Both the position numbers and the translations under genes were made by a program. A model generated the notes under the pieces. It did not search any database, was not told the DNA's origin, and saw nothing but the letters and a program-made list of their open reading frames with translations. A stretch of DNA of 64,000 nt from a bacterium (GTDB lineage: Bacteria > Actinomycetota > Acidimicrobiia > Spongiisociales > ZC4RG35): contig JAHEJW010000008.1 of NCBI GenBank assembly GCA_024638655.1, forward strand, positions 19,054 to 83,053, read 5' to 3'. This document shows, piece by piece, positions 37,078-46,796 of the stretch (its first letter is position 1; every line of letters starts with the position of its first letter).

Positions 37078-38726
37078 CTCGGCCGGTAGGCGTTGGTGAT
37101 GGGCAGACGTCGATCCTTCCCAAAGGCCTTGATGGTGATCTTCACGCCTGGCGCGGCCTGTCTCCGCTTGTACTCGTTGCGGTCGACCATCTTGGTGATC
37201 TCGTCGACAACGGCCGAGTCGTATCCGTCTTCGACGATCTCGTCGACGCTCATGTCTCTCTCCACGTAGCGCTCCAGGATGGCATCGAGCTCCTCGTAGG
37301 GAGGCAAGGAGTCCGAGTCGAGCTGTCCCGGTCTCAGCTCTGCCGACGGTGGCTTGTCGATCGAGTTCTGAGGGATCACCTCGCCATCCTTGTTCCTCCA
37401 CCGCGCCAGGTCGTAGACCAGTGTCTTGAAGACGTCCTTGAGGACGGCGTAGCCGCCGACCATGTCTCCGTAGAGCGTTGCATAGCCGGCCGCCATCTCC
37501 GACTTGTTGCCCGTGGCGACGACCATCTCACCGAACTTGTTGGAGATGGCCATGAGGATCGCACCTCTCGCCCGTGCCTGGAGGTTCTCTTCAGCCACAC
37601 CGAACTCACTTCCCTCGAACAGTGGCGAAAGAGCCTCGAGTTGGGCGGCGTAGACGCCGTCGATGGGAATCAAGTCGAAACGGATGCCCAGTTTGTCGGT
37701 CAGCGCCCGTGCGTCGTGGATCGAGTGCTCAGAGGAGTATCTAGTAGGCATGGCGACGCCGCGAACCGATTCCGGCCCAAGAGCATCTGCGGCGATGGTG
37801 GCCGTGAGCGCAGAGTCGATACCACCCGAGAGGCCGACGACGACGCTGCCGAACCCGTTCTTGCGGACATAATCGCCAAGCCCGGTGACGAGAGCGCTGT
37901 ACACCTCTTCTGTCGGGTCGAGGAGCGGAGCGACCGAGCCGACATCGCCGGGACTCGAGCCGACCGGTACGTCGACCACGAAGAAGTCCTCCTCGAACTG
38001 CGGCGATCGGTGCAGGACCTCGCCGTGGGCGTCGAGAACCAAAGAAGCACCGTCGAAGACCAGCTCGTCCTGGCCCCCGACGAGGTTCAAGTAGACCAAT
38101 GACGATCCGGTCTCCCGAGCGCGTGTCGCCAGCATCTCCTCCCTCGAGCCTGCCTTTCCCCGGTGGAAGGGGCTGGCGTTGATGTTGAGGAGGACTTCGG
38201 CACCTTGGGCGGCCTGCTGGGACGGCGGCCCGTCGGAAACCCAGATGTCTTCACATATCGAGACACCCACGCTCCGCCCTGCCAGCTCCCAGACCCGCGC
38301 CGGCTCGGTGCCCACAGCGAAGTAACGGTCTTCGTCGAAGACCCCGTAGTTGGGCAGCATCACCTTGTGGTAAACCCCTTCGACCCGGCCATCGCGAAGC
38401 ACCGCCGCGGCGTTGGCCGTCTCTCTCGTCACGGCGTCGATCGCTCCCCGGGGACGTCCCGACGCGAAATCGACGAATCCCACGACCACAGCCGTGTGCT
38501 CGGTCCGTTTCGCAAGCTCCTCGACCGCCCTGCGATTCTGCTCGACGAAGCCACGACGCAGAACCAGGTCTTCGGGGGGATACCCCGAGACTGCCAATTC
38601 GGGAAGGAGCAAGACGTCGGCGCCGGCCTCCTCGGCCCGCTCGATGGCCTCACCGATGATCCGAGAGTTCCCAACGATGTCACCCACGGTCATGTTCGCC
38701 TGTGCGCCGGCGACTCGAAGCGTCAT
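37074..38726 (-). CDS. nadE: glutamine-dependent NAD+ synthetase
   Basis: N-terminal CN-hydrolase domain (LLLPELAVSGY) plus a C-terminal NAD synthetase domain with the PP-loop SGGIDS. Confidence 0.85.
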   Translation of the reverse strand: MTLRVAGAQANMTVGDIVGNSRIIGEAIERAEEAGADVLLLPELAVSGYPPEDLVLRRGFVEQNRRAVEELAKRTEHTAVVVGFVDFASGRPRGAIDAVTRETANAAAVLRDGRVEGVYHKVMLPNYGVFDEDRYFAVGTEPARVWELAGRSVGVSICEDIWVSDGPPSQQAAQGAEVLLNINASPFHRGKAGSREEMLATRARETGSSLVYLNLVGGQDELVFDGASLVLDAHGEVLHRSPQFEEDFFVVDVPVGSSPGDVGSVAPLLDPTEEVYSALVTGLGDYVRKNGFGSVVVGLSGGIDSALTATIAADALGPESVRGVAMPTRYSSEHSIHDARALTDKLGIRFDLIPIDGVYAAQLEALSPLFEGSEFGVAEENLQARARGAILMAISNKFGEMVVATGNKSEMAAGYATLYGDMVGGYAVLKDVFKTLVYDLARWRNKDGEVIPQNSIDKPPSAELRPGQLDSDSLPPYEELDAILERYVERDMSVDEIVEDGYDSAVVDEITKMVDRNEYKRRQAAPGVKITIKAFGKDRRLPITNAYRPR

Positions 38727-38780
38727 ACGGGGACACGTTACGCGGTGGTCGCTAGCACGCCACCGTCATAGCCTGGGCAT

Positions 38781-41528
38781 GTGACCGATCAGCAACCGGG
38801 GACCTCCCACGACCTGACCCGATTGGGATACGACACGGAAACGGTCGAAGCGATCAGACGGGCCGTGGGGGCCAGCCCCGACCCGATCGACGGTCTCCAC
38901 CGGCTCGTTCCGATCCTCGAGGCAGCCCCCAGTCTCGCTCTCGAAACCACAACGTTGGAGCGTGTCGTCGCAGTGTCGGCGGTCAGCCGGGCCCTGAGCC
39001 AGGCCTTGGCGAACCACCCCTCGCTTCTGACGTCGACCCCCACAGACTCGATACCGCTCCAGGTCAGAGCAACCCTGGTCCAGGTTGCCGCGGAAGACCT
39101 CACAGGAGCGATCGACTTCACAGAAGCGACACGGCGTTACTCACATGCCCTTGACGAGATCGTCGAATCCGCCCTCGATCGTGCGAGACGGGCCGTCTCT
39201 GCGCGACATCCGATGGCCTTGGAACTCCCCTTCGCGGTGATCGCAATGGGGAAATGGGGGGCCCTCGAGGTCAACTACTACTCAGACGTCGACCTGGTCT
39301 TCGTGCATGACAGCCCGGCTGGCCGCGAAACCGAAGCCAGAGCCGCGGCACTCGCGCTCGCCAGTCGCCTGATCTCGGCCCTCAGCGCACCGACTTTCGA
39401 CGGTCCAGCCTTGGTGGTTGATGCAGACCTTCGACCCGAGGGAACAATGGGCCCCCTCTCACGCAGTCTCAACGGATACGTCTCCTACTACGACAGATGG
39501 AGCGAGCCCTGGGAGCTGCAAGCCCTCATGAAATGCCGTCCTGCCGCGGGCGATCCACAGCTGGGTCAGCGATTCGCCGAAATGGCAGACCGGCTCGTCT
39601 GGGAAGAGGGTCTTGGCCCCGAAGCGTTGCGAAGTATCAGATCGATCAAGGCTCAGTCAGAGGCAAATGCGCTTTCCGGTGACCTCAAGCGGAGTCGTGG
39701 TGGCATTCGAGACATCGAGTTCGCGGTGCAGTTGCTTCAGCTCGTACATGGGAGATTCGATCCGGACTTGAGAACCGGCTCCACGCTGGACGCCATCCGG
39801 GCCCTCGAGCGGCACGGCTACATCGAGATCGAGGAAGGTGAGCGATTGGCGGACTCCTATCGCTTCTTGCGGGAGACCGAACACCGCCTGCAGCTCTGGG
39901 ATCTCCAGCAAACACACCAACTCCCGTCCGCAACCGAGGACCTTGAGCGTCTAGCCCGAAGCCTTGGATTCACCTCCGATCCTGTGGCCGAGTTTCAGCG
40001 CCGACTCGGCGAGGTGAGGGCCATAGCCCGGGACCTCCACGAGAGGTTGTACTTCCGACCCATCCTGGAGTCGCTCGCTGGTGTGGCTGACGCCCGTCTC
40101 GACGCCGAAGCCGCAGCCCTGAGACTCGAAGCACTGGGCTTCCATGACGTCGCCGCCGCGACCAGGGCCGTCGAAGAACTGACCAAAGGCCTCACCCGTC
40201 GCTCGAGGGTGATGCAACAGATGCTTCCTTTGATGCTCGACTGGCTGTCCCGATCCCCGGATCCCGATCTTGGCCTATCCCAATTGAGGCTGCTGTTGGC
40301 GAACACGCCCGATCACGGGGCGCTGGTCTCGCTCCTGCAGGGAAACCCACTGGCGGGCGAGCGGCTCTGTCTCCTCCTCGGCACGGGCCGTCTTCTCGGT
40401 GACCTGTTGGACCGCATCCCCGAATTCGTGCCCAGGCTGGCCAGCGAGAGCCTCATCGGTGATGTGCGCGATCTCGAAGGTGCCACGGAAAGGCTCATCG
40501 GGCTGCTCGACTCAAGGCCGGAACCGGAGGCGAAGATCGGCACGATCCGAAGGTTCACCAGACGGCGAAAGCTCCGAATCGCAGCTCGCGACATCCTCGA
40601 GGACGTGGATCCGCAAATGACTCTGAGAGGGTTGTCCGATAGCGCTGACGCTGCGATGACCGGAGCGGTCCACATTCTCGATCCGGACCGCTCCATCGGG
40701 TTCGGGATCATCGCCATGGGCAAGTGGGGCGGGCGGGAGCTGTCCTATGGGTCGGATATCGACCTGATGTACGTCTATGGCCAGGAGGGAGACAGGGAGG
40801 CCGCACTCGAGCTCGCCTCAGCCCTGAGACGGGTGCTTTCAGAGCCAAATCGTCATGGTGAGGCATATGCACTCGACGCCGATCTCCGCCCCGAGGGGAG
40901 AAAAGGCCCGCTCGCGCGCTCGCTCGACGGATACCGGCGCTACTACGACGACTGGGTTGAGCCATGGGAGATGCTCGCCCTGGTCAAAGCCCGCCCTGCA
41001 GAAGGCGACCAGGAAGTCCTGGACTCCTTCAGGTCACTGATCGAGAGTCTCATTTGGAGAGACAAGGTCCCCGAGTCAATCATCCGCTCGATCCGGCAGG
41101 TGAAGGCCCGGGTCGAGACCGAGCGAATTCCCCCTGGCGAGGACCCGGATTTCCATCTCAAACTCGGTCCCGGTGGGCTCTCCGATGTCGAGTTCCTGAC
41201 TCAGCTCCTCCAACTTCAACACGGTGGCCCCGACCCATCGCTACGGGTGACCGGCACCATCGAGGCGCTCGACGCTCTCCGCGTCGCAGGTGTGGTCTCA
41301 CCGGCCGATCATGCGGTGCTGCGCGACTCGTATGTCTTCTGCACCAGGGTGCGCATGAGGCTCCACCTCCAAAGCGGACGGGTGTCGGATTCCTTGCCGA
41401 CCGATGCAATCGCCAGCACCCGCCTAGCCGTCTCACTCGGCTTTGATCGCACGACCGAGTTGCGCGAGCAATACCGAAAGCACACGAGACGGGCGCGTAA
41501 GACCTTCGAACGACTGTTCTTCGACTGA
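38781..41528 (+). CDS. glnE: bifunctional glutamine synthetase adenylyltransferase / adenylyl-removing enzyme
   Basis: Two nucleotidyltransferase domains and GlnE-specific regions. Length is 915 aa. GTG start. Confidence 0.85.
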   Translation: MTDQQPGTSHDLTRLGYDTETVEAIRRAVGASPDPIDGLHRLVPILEAAPSLALETTTLERVVAVSAVSRALSQALANHPSLLTSTPTDSIPLQVRATLVQVAAEDLTGAIDFTEATRRYSHALDEIVESALDRARRAVSARHPMALELPFAVIAMGKWGALEVNYYSDVDLVFVHDSPAGRETEARAAALALASRLISALSAPTFDGPALVVDADLRPEGTMGPLSRSLNGYVSYYDRWSEPWELQALMKCRPAAGDPQLGQRFAEMADRLVWEEGLGPEALRSIRSIKAQSEANALSGDLKRSRGGIRDIEFAVQLLQLVHGRFDPDLRTGSTLDAIRALERHGYIEIEEGERLADSYRFLRETEHRLQLWDLQQTHQLPSATEDLERLARSLGFTSDPVAEFQRRLGEVRAIARDLHERLYFRPILESLAGVADARLDAEAAALRLEALGFHDVAAATRAVEELTKGLTRRSRVMQQMLPLMLDWLSRSPDPDLGLSQLRLLLANTPDHGALVSLLQGNPLAGERLCLLLGTGRLLGDLLDRIPEFVPRLASESLIGDVRDLEGATERLIGLLDSRPEPEAKIGTIRRFTRRRKLRIAARDILEDVDPQMTLRGLSDSADAAMTGAVHILDPDRSIGFGIIAMGKWGGRELSYGSDIDLMYVYGQEGDREAALELASALRRVLSEPNRHGEAYALDADLRPEGRKGPLARSLDGYRRYYDDWVEPWEMLALVKARPAEGDQEVLDSFRSLIESLIWRDKVPESIIRSIRQVKARVETERIPPGEDPDFHLKLGPGGLSDVEFLTQLLQLQHGGPDPSLRVTGTIEALDALRVAGVVSPADHAVLRDSYVFCTRVRMRLHLQSGRVSDSLPTDAIASTRLAVSLGFDRTTELREQYRKHTRRARKTFERLFFD

Positions 41529-41580
41529 ACTTCGCAACCCCGCACTCGAAGTCACGATCACGCCCAGTTAGGCTTTTCCC

Positions 41581-42738
41581 ATGCTTAGCCCGTCCGAACT
41601 GACAGGGCTGGCGGAGGAGGTCACCCCCAAAGCCGTGGATCTGCGTCGTCGGCTCCACCAGATTCCCGAGCCGGCTCACGAGGAGCACGAGACCACCGCG
41701 TTGATCGGCGCGATCCTCGAGGACAGCGGTCTCGAGCCAAACCGGCGAACACCCCGTACGGGTTTGTGGCTGGATGTCGGTGACGATCCCAAGGTCGGGT
41801 TCAGGGCAGATCTAGATGCCCTGCCAATATTCGAGCCGACCGGGAACATCCCCCGATCGCGCAACGAGGGCTGGATGCACGCCTGCGGGCACGATGCCCA
41901 TGCAGCGATAGCTACCGGTATCGCTCTTGCGATCTCACGTCTCGCCCTCCCGGTGGGGGTGCGATTCCTCTATCAGCCGGCCGAAGAGGCCAACCCCGGA
42001 GGCGCAAGCGAATTCGTCGGCGAAGGGCTCGTCGACGACCTACGCGGCCTGATCGCTTTCCATGTCGACCCGAGCCTCGAGGTGGGGCGGATCGGGTCGA
42101 AGGCGGGGCCCATCACCGGGAGTGCAGACGGCTTCACGATCACACTCACCGGGCCTGGCGGTCACACCTCTCGCCCACACAAGACGGTCAACCTGATCGA
42201 TGCCGCCGGGCGGGTCGTGCGCGAGCTCCCAGAGGCGATTCGCCAGTCGATCGATTCGCGTACCCCCATCGTCATCGTGTTCGGCTCGATACACGGTGGA
42301 AGCACGTCGAATGTGATACCGACGGAGGTGACTCTCGTGGGCACGGTTCGGACTTTGGATCGGTCGATTTGGGACCTGCTTCCCGGCATCGTCGACAAGA
42401 CCCTCGGCCATATCCTCGCCATCACCGGCGCCGACTACCTGCTCGACTACCGGCAGGGGATACCCCCGGTCGTCAATGACGATCGCGTCGTCGAGACCGC
42501 CACCTCGTCGATCAGGGAGGTCATCGGGCCAGACTCTGTCGTGCCGACCGAGACGAGCTTGGGTGGTGAGGACTTCTCCAACTATCTGGACATCGTCCCG
42601 GGTGCTCTTCTCAGACTGGGCGCCTATTCGGGGGGAGGAGATCTTCACTCCGCATCGTTCAAGGTCAACGAGGCTTCGATCGGGGTGGGCATCAAAGCAG
42701 GGGTGGCAGCTCTCGTGGGTCTCACTTATCAAGTGTGA
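41581..42738 (+). CDS. M20D-family amidohydrolase (N-acyl-amino-acid amidohydrolase / hippurate hydrolase-like)
   Basis: MHACGHD and HGGS metal-binding motifs with the M20 fold pattern. Confidence 0.75.
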   Translation: MLSPSELTGLAEEVTPKAVDLRRRLHQIPEPAHEEHETTALIGAILEDSGLEPNRRTPRTGLWLDVGDDPKVGFRADLDALPIFEPTGNIPRSRNEGWMHACGHDAHAAIATGIALAISRLALPVGVRFLYQPAEEANPGGASEFVGEGLVDDLRGLIAFHVDPSLEVGRIGSKAGPITGSADGFTITLTGPGGHTSRPHKTVNLIDAAGRVVRELPEAIRQSIDSRTPIVIVFGSIHGGSTSNVIPTEVTLVGTVRTLDRSIWDLLPGIVDKTLGHILAITGADYLLDYRQGIPPVVNDDRVVETATSSIREVIGPDSVVPTETSLGGEDFSNYLDIVPGALLRLGAYSGGGDLHSASFKVNEASIGVGIKAGVAALVGLTYQV

Positions 42739-42789
42739 CGCCCTCGCGGCATTCCACCCCATCACCGGTTCGGTTACGATCGCTGACGG

Positions 42790-43515
42790 ATGTCGGTGGA
42801 AAAGCAACAAGATGTGGCCGAGTACATCCCCCACATCGGCGCGACCCGTCAGTACTGGCGGGACATCATTCTCGGAGTCAACGACGGATTGGTGTCCGTC
42901 TTCCTCCTTGTGGTGGGCGTGGTGGGCGGTGGTCTCTCCCCCAGCCAGGTATTCCTCACGGCTATCGCCGGTGCCATCGCTGGGGCGGTGTCGATGGCGG
43001 CAGGCGAGTATCTGGCCACGAAGTCACAGGACGAGGTGCTCGAAGCCGAGCTCGAGCTCGAGCGTATGCACATCGAGAACTTCAGAAGCCAGGAGCTATC
43101 ACAGTTGCGAGGCTTTTTCAGAGACATGGGTGTCCGCCCGACGGATCTCGACAACGTGATATCAGCCTTTGCCGAAAACGATGAAGCCCTCCTGAACGCT
43201 ATGGCAGCGCTTGAATTCGGTGTAGTCGAGTCCGAGCGTCGCTCTCCCTACCGGGCGATGGCTGCGTCCGGTTTGCTTTTTCTCGCAGGCTCCCTGCCTT
43301 CGGTGCTTCCTTTCGCACTGATCGAGTCGGCCGGGGTGGCCTTGGTTTGGGCTACGACACTCACCTTGCTGGGCCTGTTCGTGGTCGGAGTGATCAAGGG
43401 CAGCGTCGCGAACAGTCACAGGATCAAGTCGGGCTTGGAGAACATGGTGATAGCAGGTCTCGGCGGGCTGTTGGCCTGGTTCATCGGAAATGCCGTGGGA
43501 GCCACCCTCGCCTGA
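42790..43515 (+). CDS. VIT1/CCC1-family iron/manganese transporter
   Basis: GVNDGLVS and GEYLA motifs, a coiled-coil metal-binding insert, and C-terminal TM helices. Confidence 0.75.
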   Translation: MSVEKQQDVAEYIPHIGATRQYWRDIILGVNDGLVSVFLLVVGVVGGGLSPSQVFLTAIAGAIAGAVSMAAGEYLATKSQDEVLEAELELERMHIENFRSQELSQLRGFFRDMGVRPTDLDNVISAFAENDEALLNAMAALEFGVVESERRSPYRAMAASGLLFLAGSLPSVLPFALIESAGVALVWATTLTLLGLFVVGVIKGSVANSHRIKSGLENMVIAGLGGLLAWFIGNAVGATLA

Positions 43516-43568
43516 ACCTGAGCTAGCACTTTGCTTGCAAATGTTAGCAGCTTGCTGTAAGCTAGCAG
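43516..43568. promoter_or_regulatory. AT-richer promoter/operator region with repeated GCTAGCA / TTAGCAGC half-sites, upstream of the XRE regulator
   Basis: Direct reading: ...GAGCTAGCACTTTGCTTGCAAATGTTAGCAGCTTGCTGTAAGCTAGCAG... Confidence 0.35.
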
Positions 43569-43937
43569 TTGATGAACGAGAGCAAGCACAGTGATCTGGG
43601 CGAATTCATCCGCAACCAACGTGAGCGGGCGAATTTATCGCTTCGCCGTCTGGCAGACAAGGCGGGGATATCAAACCCCTACCTCAGCCAGATAGAGCGC
43701 GGTATCAGAAAGCCATCCGCCGAGATCCTCAAAAACCTCTCGCGAGCGCTGGAGATCTCGGCCAGCTCGCTTTACAGCAAAGCTGGCCTGATCGACGAAG
43801 ACCTGCCACCGGCAACGGTCTTCGAGGCCATCGAGGCGGACGACCGCCTCGACGTCGAGCAGAAGAATGTGCTACTCGATATGTACAAGGCGCTGGTCCG
43901 TTCCAACGGATCGGGAGCCGAAGGAGAACAGGAGTGA
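43569..43937 (+). CDS. XRE-family helix-turn-helix transcriptional regulator (Rv0474-like)
   Basis: HTH_3 motif LSLRRLADKAGISNPYLSQIERG. ATGA-coupled to the downstream gene. Confidence 0.75.
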   Translation: MMNESKHSDLGEFIRNQRERANLSLRRLADKAGISNPYLSQIERGIRKPSAEILKNLSRALEISASSLYSKAGLIDEDLPPATVFEAIEADDRLDVEQKNVLLDMYKALVRSNGSGAEGEQE

Positions 43938-44494
43938 TGGAAATGCAGACGAAGAACGTGCTGTACGCCGCCGTCGGTGCGCCAGTGGTCGCCGCCCGCA
44001 AGATGAGCGACCAGGTAGGTGCATGGAGGACGAAGGTCAACAAGGAAACTGCCGGCTACACCAAAGCCGCAGAGAAGACGCTCAGCGATTGGGCGGCCGA
44101 GGGCGAGAAGGTCGTCTCGCGGATCAGTGAGGGCACAGTCGTCGAGGAGATCTCACAAAAGGTCGATCTCGACCAGGCCAAAGAGCAGGTCAGCAAGCTG
44201 CGAGATCAACTCGAAGACATGCTCGAGACCTGGCGACAGTCCTTCCGCCCCGAGGAGAGGACAGATGCCCCGGCGGCCAGCAAGCCCGCCCCTGTGAAAG
44301 CTCCGGCTGCCAAGAAGCCGGCCGCGAAGACAGCCGCTGCCAAGAAGCCGGCCGCGAAAACAGCCGCCGCCAAGAAGCCGGCCGCGAAAACAGCCGCCGC
44401 CAAGAAGCCGGCGGCCAAGAAGACCGCTGCCTCTTCCACGGTCAAGAAGGCTGCCGCCAAGACCACAACGCCGGCGAAGACCAAGGCTTCCTGA
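43934..44494 (+). CDS. HBHA-like protein: coiled-coil N-domain plus Lys/Ala/Pro-rich C-terminal repeats (AAKKPAAKT)
   Basis: The architecture matches mycobacterial heparin-binding haemagglutinin / histone-like tails. The 30-bp DNA tandem repeat encodes the tail. Confidence 0.6.
   Translation: MMEMQTKNVLYAAVGAPVVAARKMSDQVGAWRTKVNKETAGYTKAAEKTLSDWAAEGEKVVSRISEGTVVEEISQKVDLDQAKEQVSKLRDQLEDMLETWRQSFRPEERTDAPAASKPAPVKAPAAKKPAAKTAAAKKPAAKTAAAKKPAAKTAAAKKPAAKKTAASSTVKKAAAKTTTPAKTKAS
44309..44420 (+). repeat. 3.7 tandem copies of a 30-bp unit (GCCAAGAAGCCGGCCGCGAARACAGCCGCY) encoding the AAKKPAAKTA repeats
   Basis: Direct reading of 44309-44420. Confidence 0.65.
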
Positions 44495-44517
44495 GCGAAG
44501 TTCAGAATCACGAGAAT

Positions 44518-44550
44518 CGCGCCGGCCCGCCGCTAAGGCGGGCCGGCGCG
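44518..44550. terminator. perfect 14-bp GC-rich hairpin (CGCGCCGGCCCGCC-GCTAA-GGCGGGCCGGCGCG) between convergent genes
   Basis: Direct reading. No U-tract, which is common in high-GC actinobacteria. It could terminate both the 43934..44494 (+) and 44582..44983 (-) transcripts. Confidence 0.5.
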
Positions 44551-44581
44551 CCTTATCCGCGCAGATGCGGCGGTCTGTGCT

Positions 44582-44983
44582 TCAGCCGATCGAAGGCTCC
44601 AGCTCACCCGCCGAATCGATCCAGCCCTCGACCATGGACTCTGTGGGCAGGCGATCGACCACCCTGTGCGCCCCGTTCAGCCCGATGATCTTGGCCAACA
44701 ACGCAGTTGGGTTTCGTCTCCGTAGGTCGCGCAGCGTGTCGACTCCCGCTTCTACGAGGAGCTCGGCGTACTCACCGCCAACGCCCTTCACTCTCAGAAG
44801 GTCTGCGTGATGTACCCACGTCTGCAGGTCCTTGGCGCTCAACCCGGTCAGCTTGGCTAAATCGGTACGGCCGCGACGAGTCGCGGCCTCCTCGATGAGC
44901 TTCTTGCTGGTCCTAACCCCCGCTTTGCGAAGCTTCGTTGCGTGCTTGTGATCGATACCGGCGACCTGATCGATCCGGGCCAT
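44582..44983 (-). CDS. DUF4332-like helix-hairpin-helix domain protein
   Basis: Pattern GIDHKHATKLRKAGVRT...LRVKGVGGEYAELLVEAGVDTLRDL, typical of DUF4332 HhH proteins. Confidence 0.5.
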   Translation of the reverse strand: MARIDQVAGIDHKHATKLRKAGVRTSKKLIEEAATRRGRTDLAKLTGLSAKDLQTWVHHADLLRVKGVGGEYAELLVEAGVDTLRDLRRRNPTALLAKIIGLNGAHRVVDRLPTESMVEGWIDSAGELEPSIG

Positions 44984-45050
44984 TCTCTCTCGTATCTCCC
45001 TCAGCTAGAACCTAGCCATCGCGACTCTAAAACACTCGAGCCATCGCCCG

Positions 45051-45647
45051 TCAGGCCGTGTGCCGCGGTCGGAGCTCGACGACATCGCTCTCTGTGTCCA
45101 CGTCACGAGGAGGGACATCGGAGAACCAAACCTCATTGACCCACTCCGGGTGAGCTCGCCAGAGACGCTGAGCCCCTTCGTCGCCGTCGAGCGACATGAG
45201 CCGGGGCCACAGCGAACGGTCGACCAAGACAGGGTTGCCCCAGCTGTACCTGTACTTGGGCACCGTCACAGGCTTGTGAGCCGACTCGTGTGACATCAGG
45301 AGGGCATCGACCACTTCCCGAGAGATGTCAGGTTGATCACCGATCACGATCAGCGCCCGGTCACAACGCGACAGACGGGTCAGAGCGTCGAAGCCGACCC
45401 GGATCGACGAGGCTATCCCCTCCTCCCATTCCAGGTTCTCGATGACGCCGGCGTCCCTCAGGTCGGTCTCCTCCAATATGCGCTCCGAATCGTGACCCAG
45501 CACTACCCAAACCTCATCCACCGGAAACGTGAACGTGGTGGCCACGACGTGTTCAAGAAGGTTTCTGTCGCCCCACGGCTCGAGTTGCTTGGGCCGGCCC
45601 AATCGTTGCGACCCCCCGGCAGCGAGGACTATGGCGGCGATTGGCAT
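45051..45647 (-). CDS. MobA/MocA-like nucleotidyltransferase (molybdenum-cofactor cytidylyl/guanylyltransferase family)
   Basis: N-terminal AIVLAAGGSQRLGRPKQL NTP-transferase motif and GT-A fold pattern. Confidence 0.65.
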   Translation of the reverse strand: MPIAAIVLAAGGSQRLGRPKQLEPWGDRNLLEHVVATTFTFPVDEVWVVLGHDSERILEETDLRDAGVIENLEWEEGIASSIRVGFDALTRLSRCDRALIVIGDQPDISREVVDALLMSHESAHKPVTVPKYRYSWGNPVLVDRSLWPRLMSLDGDEGAQRLWRAHPEWVNEVWFSDVPPRDVDTESDVVELRPRHTA

Positions 45648-45668
45648 CTGATCCGACGTTACAACCGC

Positions 45669-46796
45669 TCAGACGGGCACAGGGAAGCGGGTGAGGGCGC
45701 CAACTCCATGAACATCGAGCGGTGACGGGACGTATATCTGGTGGACAGTCCCCCCGGCGCCGATGACCGCTTCCATGAGTGCCGCGACCACATCATCGAC
45801 GGAGAACAAACCAGCCCCGCACACGGGGCAGACCTCCCCGGTTCTTGACAGGTAGCCGCATTGGTTGCACACCACGCCGGGCCGGACGAATGAGCCGGCA
45901 ACCACCAGAGTGTCGATCGCCTGAGCGTTGGCCGCCTCGAGCGTCGAGGCCAGCCCGAGGAAAGCATTACCTCCCCCCCAGGCGGTGTCGCAGACACGTC
46001 CTGCCAGAGCTTCTTGACGCTCACGACGAACGATCAGGTCCAGCGCCACCAACTCAGACCGCAGGGCTGCCCCACCCAGATTGGCCGGGTTGGCAACGAA
46101 CGTCGCCCGATGCAGGCGTTCGAGATAAGGATGAAGGGATCGGCCGATTTCCTCGGCGGTTGCTTCCTGGGCCCCGATCGCCACGTAGTCGAACTTCCGT
46201 TCCAGATGCTCCTCGAGGAGTCTCGACCCTGCGTCTTTCCATAGGCGGTTACTCGCCTCGTCCGCACGAGCGCGTACCCCATGTTCGTCATAGCCGGAGA
46301 ACCCGCCGTAGTTGGACTTGCCGATTTCTACGACCAACGGCGCCCCAAGCTCATCGACCAGGCCAGCGAATGAGATGAAAGTCCGAGCCATGGTCCTGTC
46401 GGCGACGACAACCCCCGAACGGAGTGGCTTGGGTGCGGCACGTAGAGGTCGAAGGTATGGCCGCGGCCCGAGTACCGAGACGTTGCGAGTCGAGTGCGTC
46501 AGGGCCTCCATCACGAATATGTCGTCGGCGTGTGATGCGAAGACTGCATATGCCGGGGCGGATTCGATTTCGAATTGATCGGCGAGCCCGCGAATTCGCT
46601 CGGCGTCTGTGCGCACACTCATCTGAACGGAGCGATCCATCGATCCTGCTTGTTCGCGTACCGGGCGAATCAGATCGGATATCAGCGCAGCAAAACCCCC
46701 GGGGCTGGGGCGGTCGATGTAGAGAGAGATCAGTGAACCGGTGGCGCTCTTCAGGTCTGCTATCGGGTCGCGAATCGCGCTCACCAAAGCCTCCAA
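45669..46796 (-). CDS. conserved hypothetical protein with a C-terminal CxxC-x13-CxxC zinc ribbon; possibly of the eRF1/Pelota-like (baeRF-type) superfamily
   Basis: The zinc ribbon VVCNQCGYLSRTGEVCPVCG was read directly. The superfamily assignment is recollection only. It is not XdhC-like, because the XdhC GGCxE motif is absent. Confidence 0.35.
   Translation of the reverse strand: MEALVSAIRDPIADLKSATGSLISLYIDRPSPGGFAALISDLIRPVREQAGSMDRSVQMSVRTDAERIRGLADQFEIESAPAYAVFASHADDIFVMEALTHSTRNVSVLGPRPYLRPLRAAPKPLRSGVVVADRTMARTFISFAGLVDELGAPLVVEIGKSNYGGFSGYDEHGVRARADEASNRLWKDAGSRLLEEHLERKFDYVAIGAQEATAEEIGRSLHPYLERLHRATFVANPANLGGAALRSELVALDLIVRRERQEALAGRVCDTAWGGGNAFLGLASTLEAANAQAIDTLVVAGSFVRPGVVCNQCGYLSRTGEVCPVCGAGLFSVDDVVAALMEAVIGAGGTVHQIYVPSPLDVHGVGALTRFPVPV

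Noticed and set aside
44309-44420. Regular 30-bp repeats, considered as a possible CRISPR array
   Set aside because: The units are directly adjacent with no spacers. They lie inside a coding sequence and encode the Lys/Ala/Pro repeat tail. There are no cas genes.
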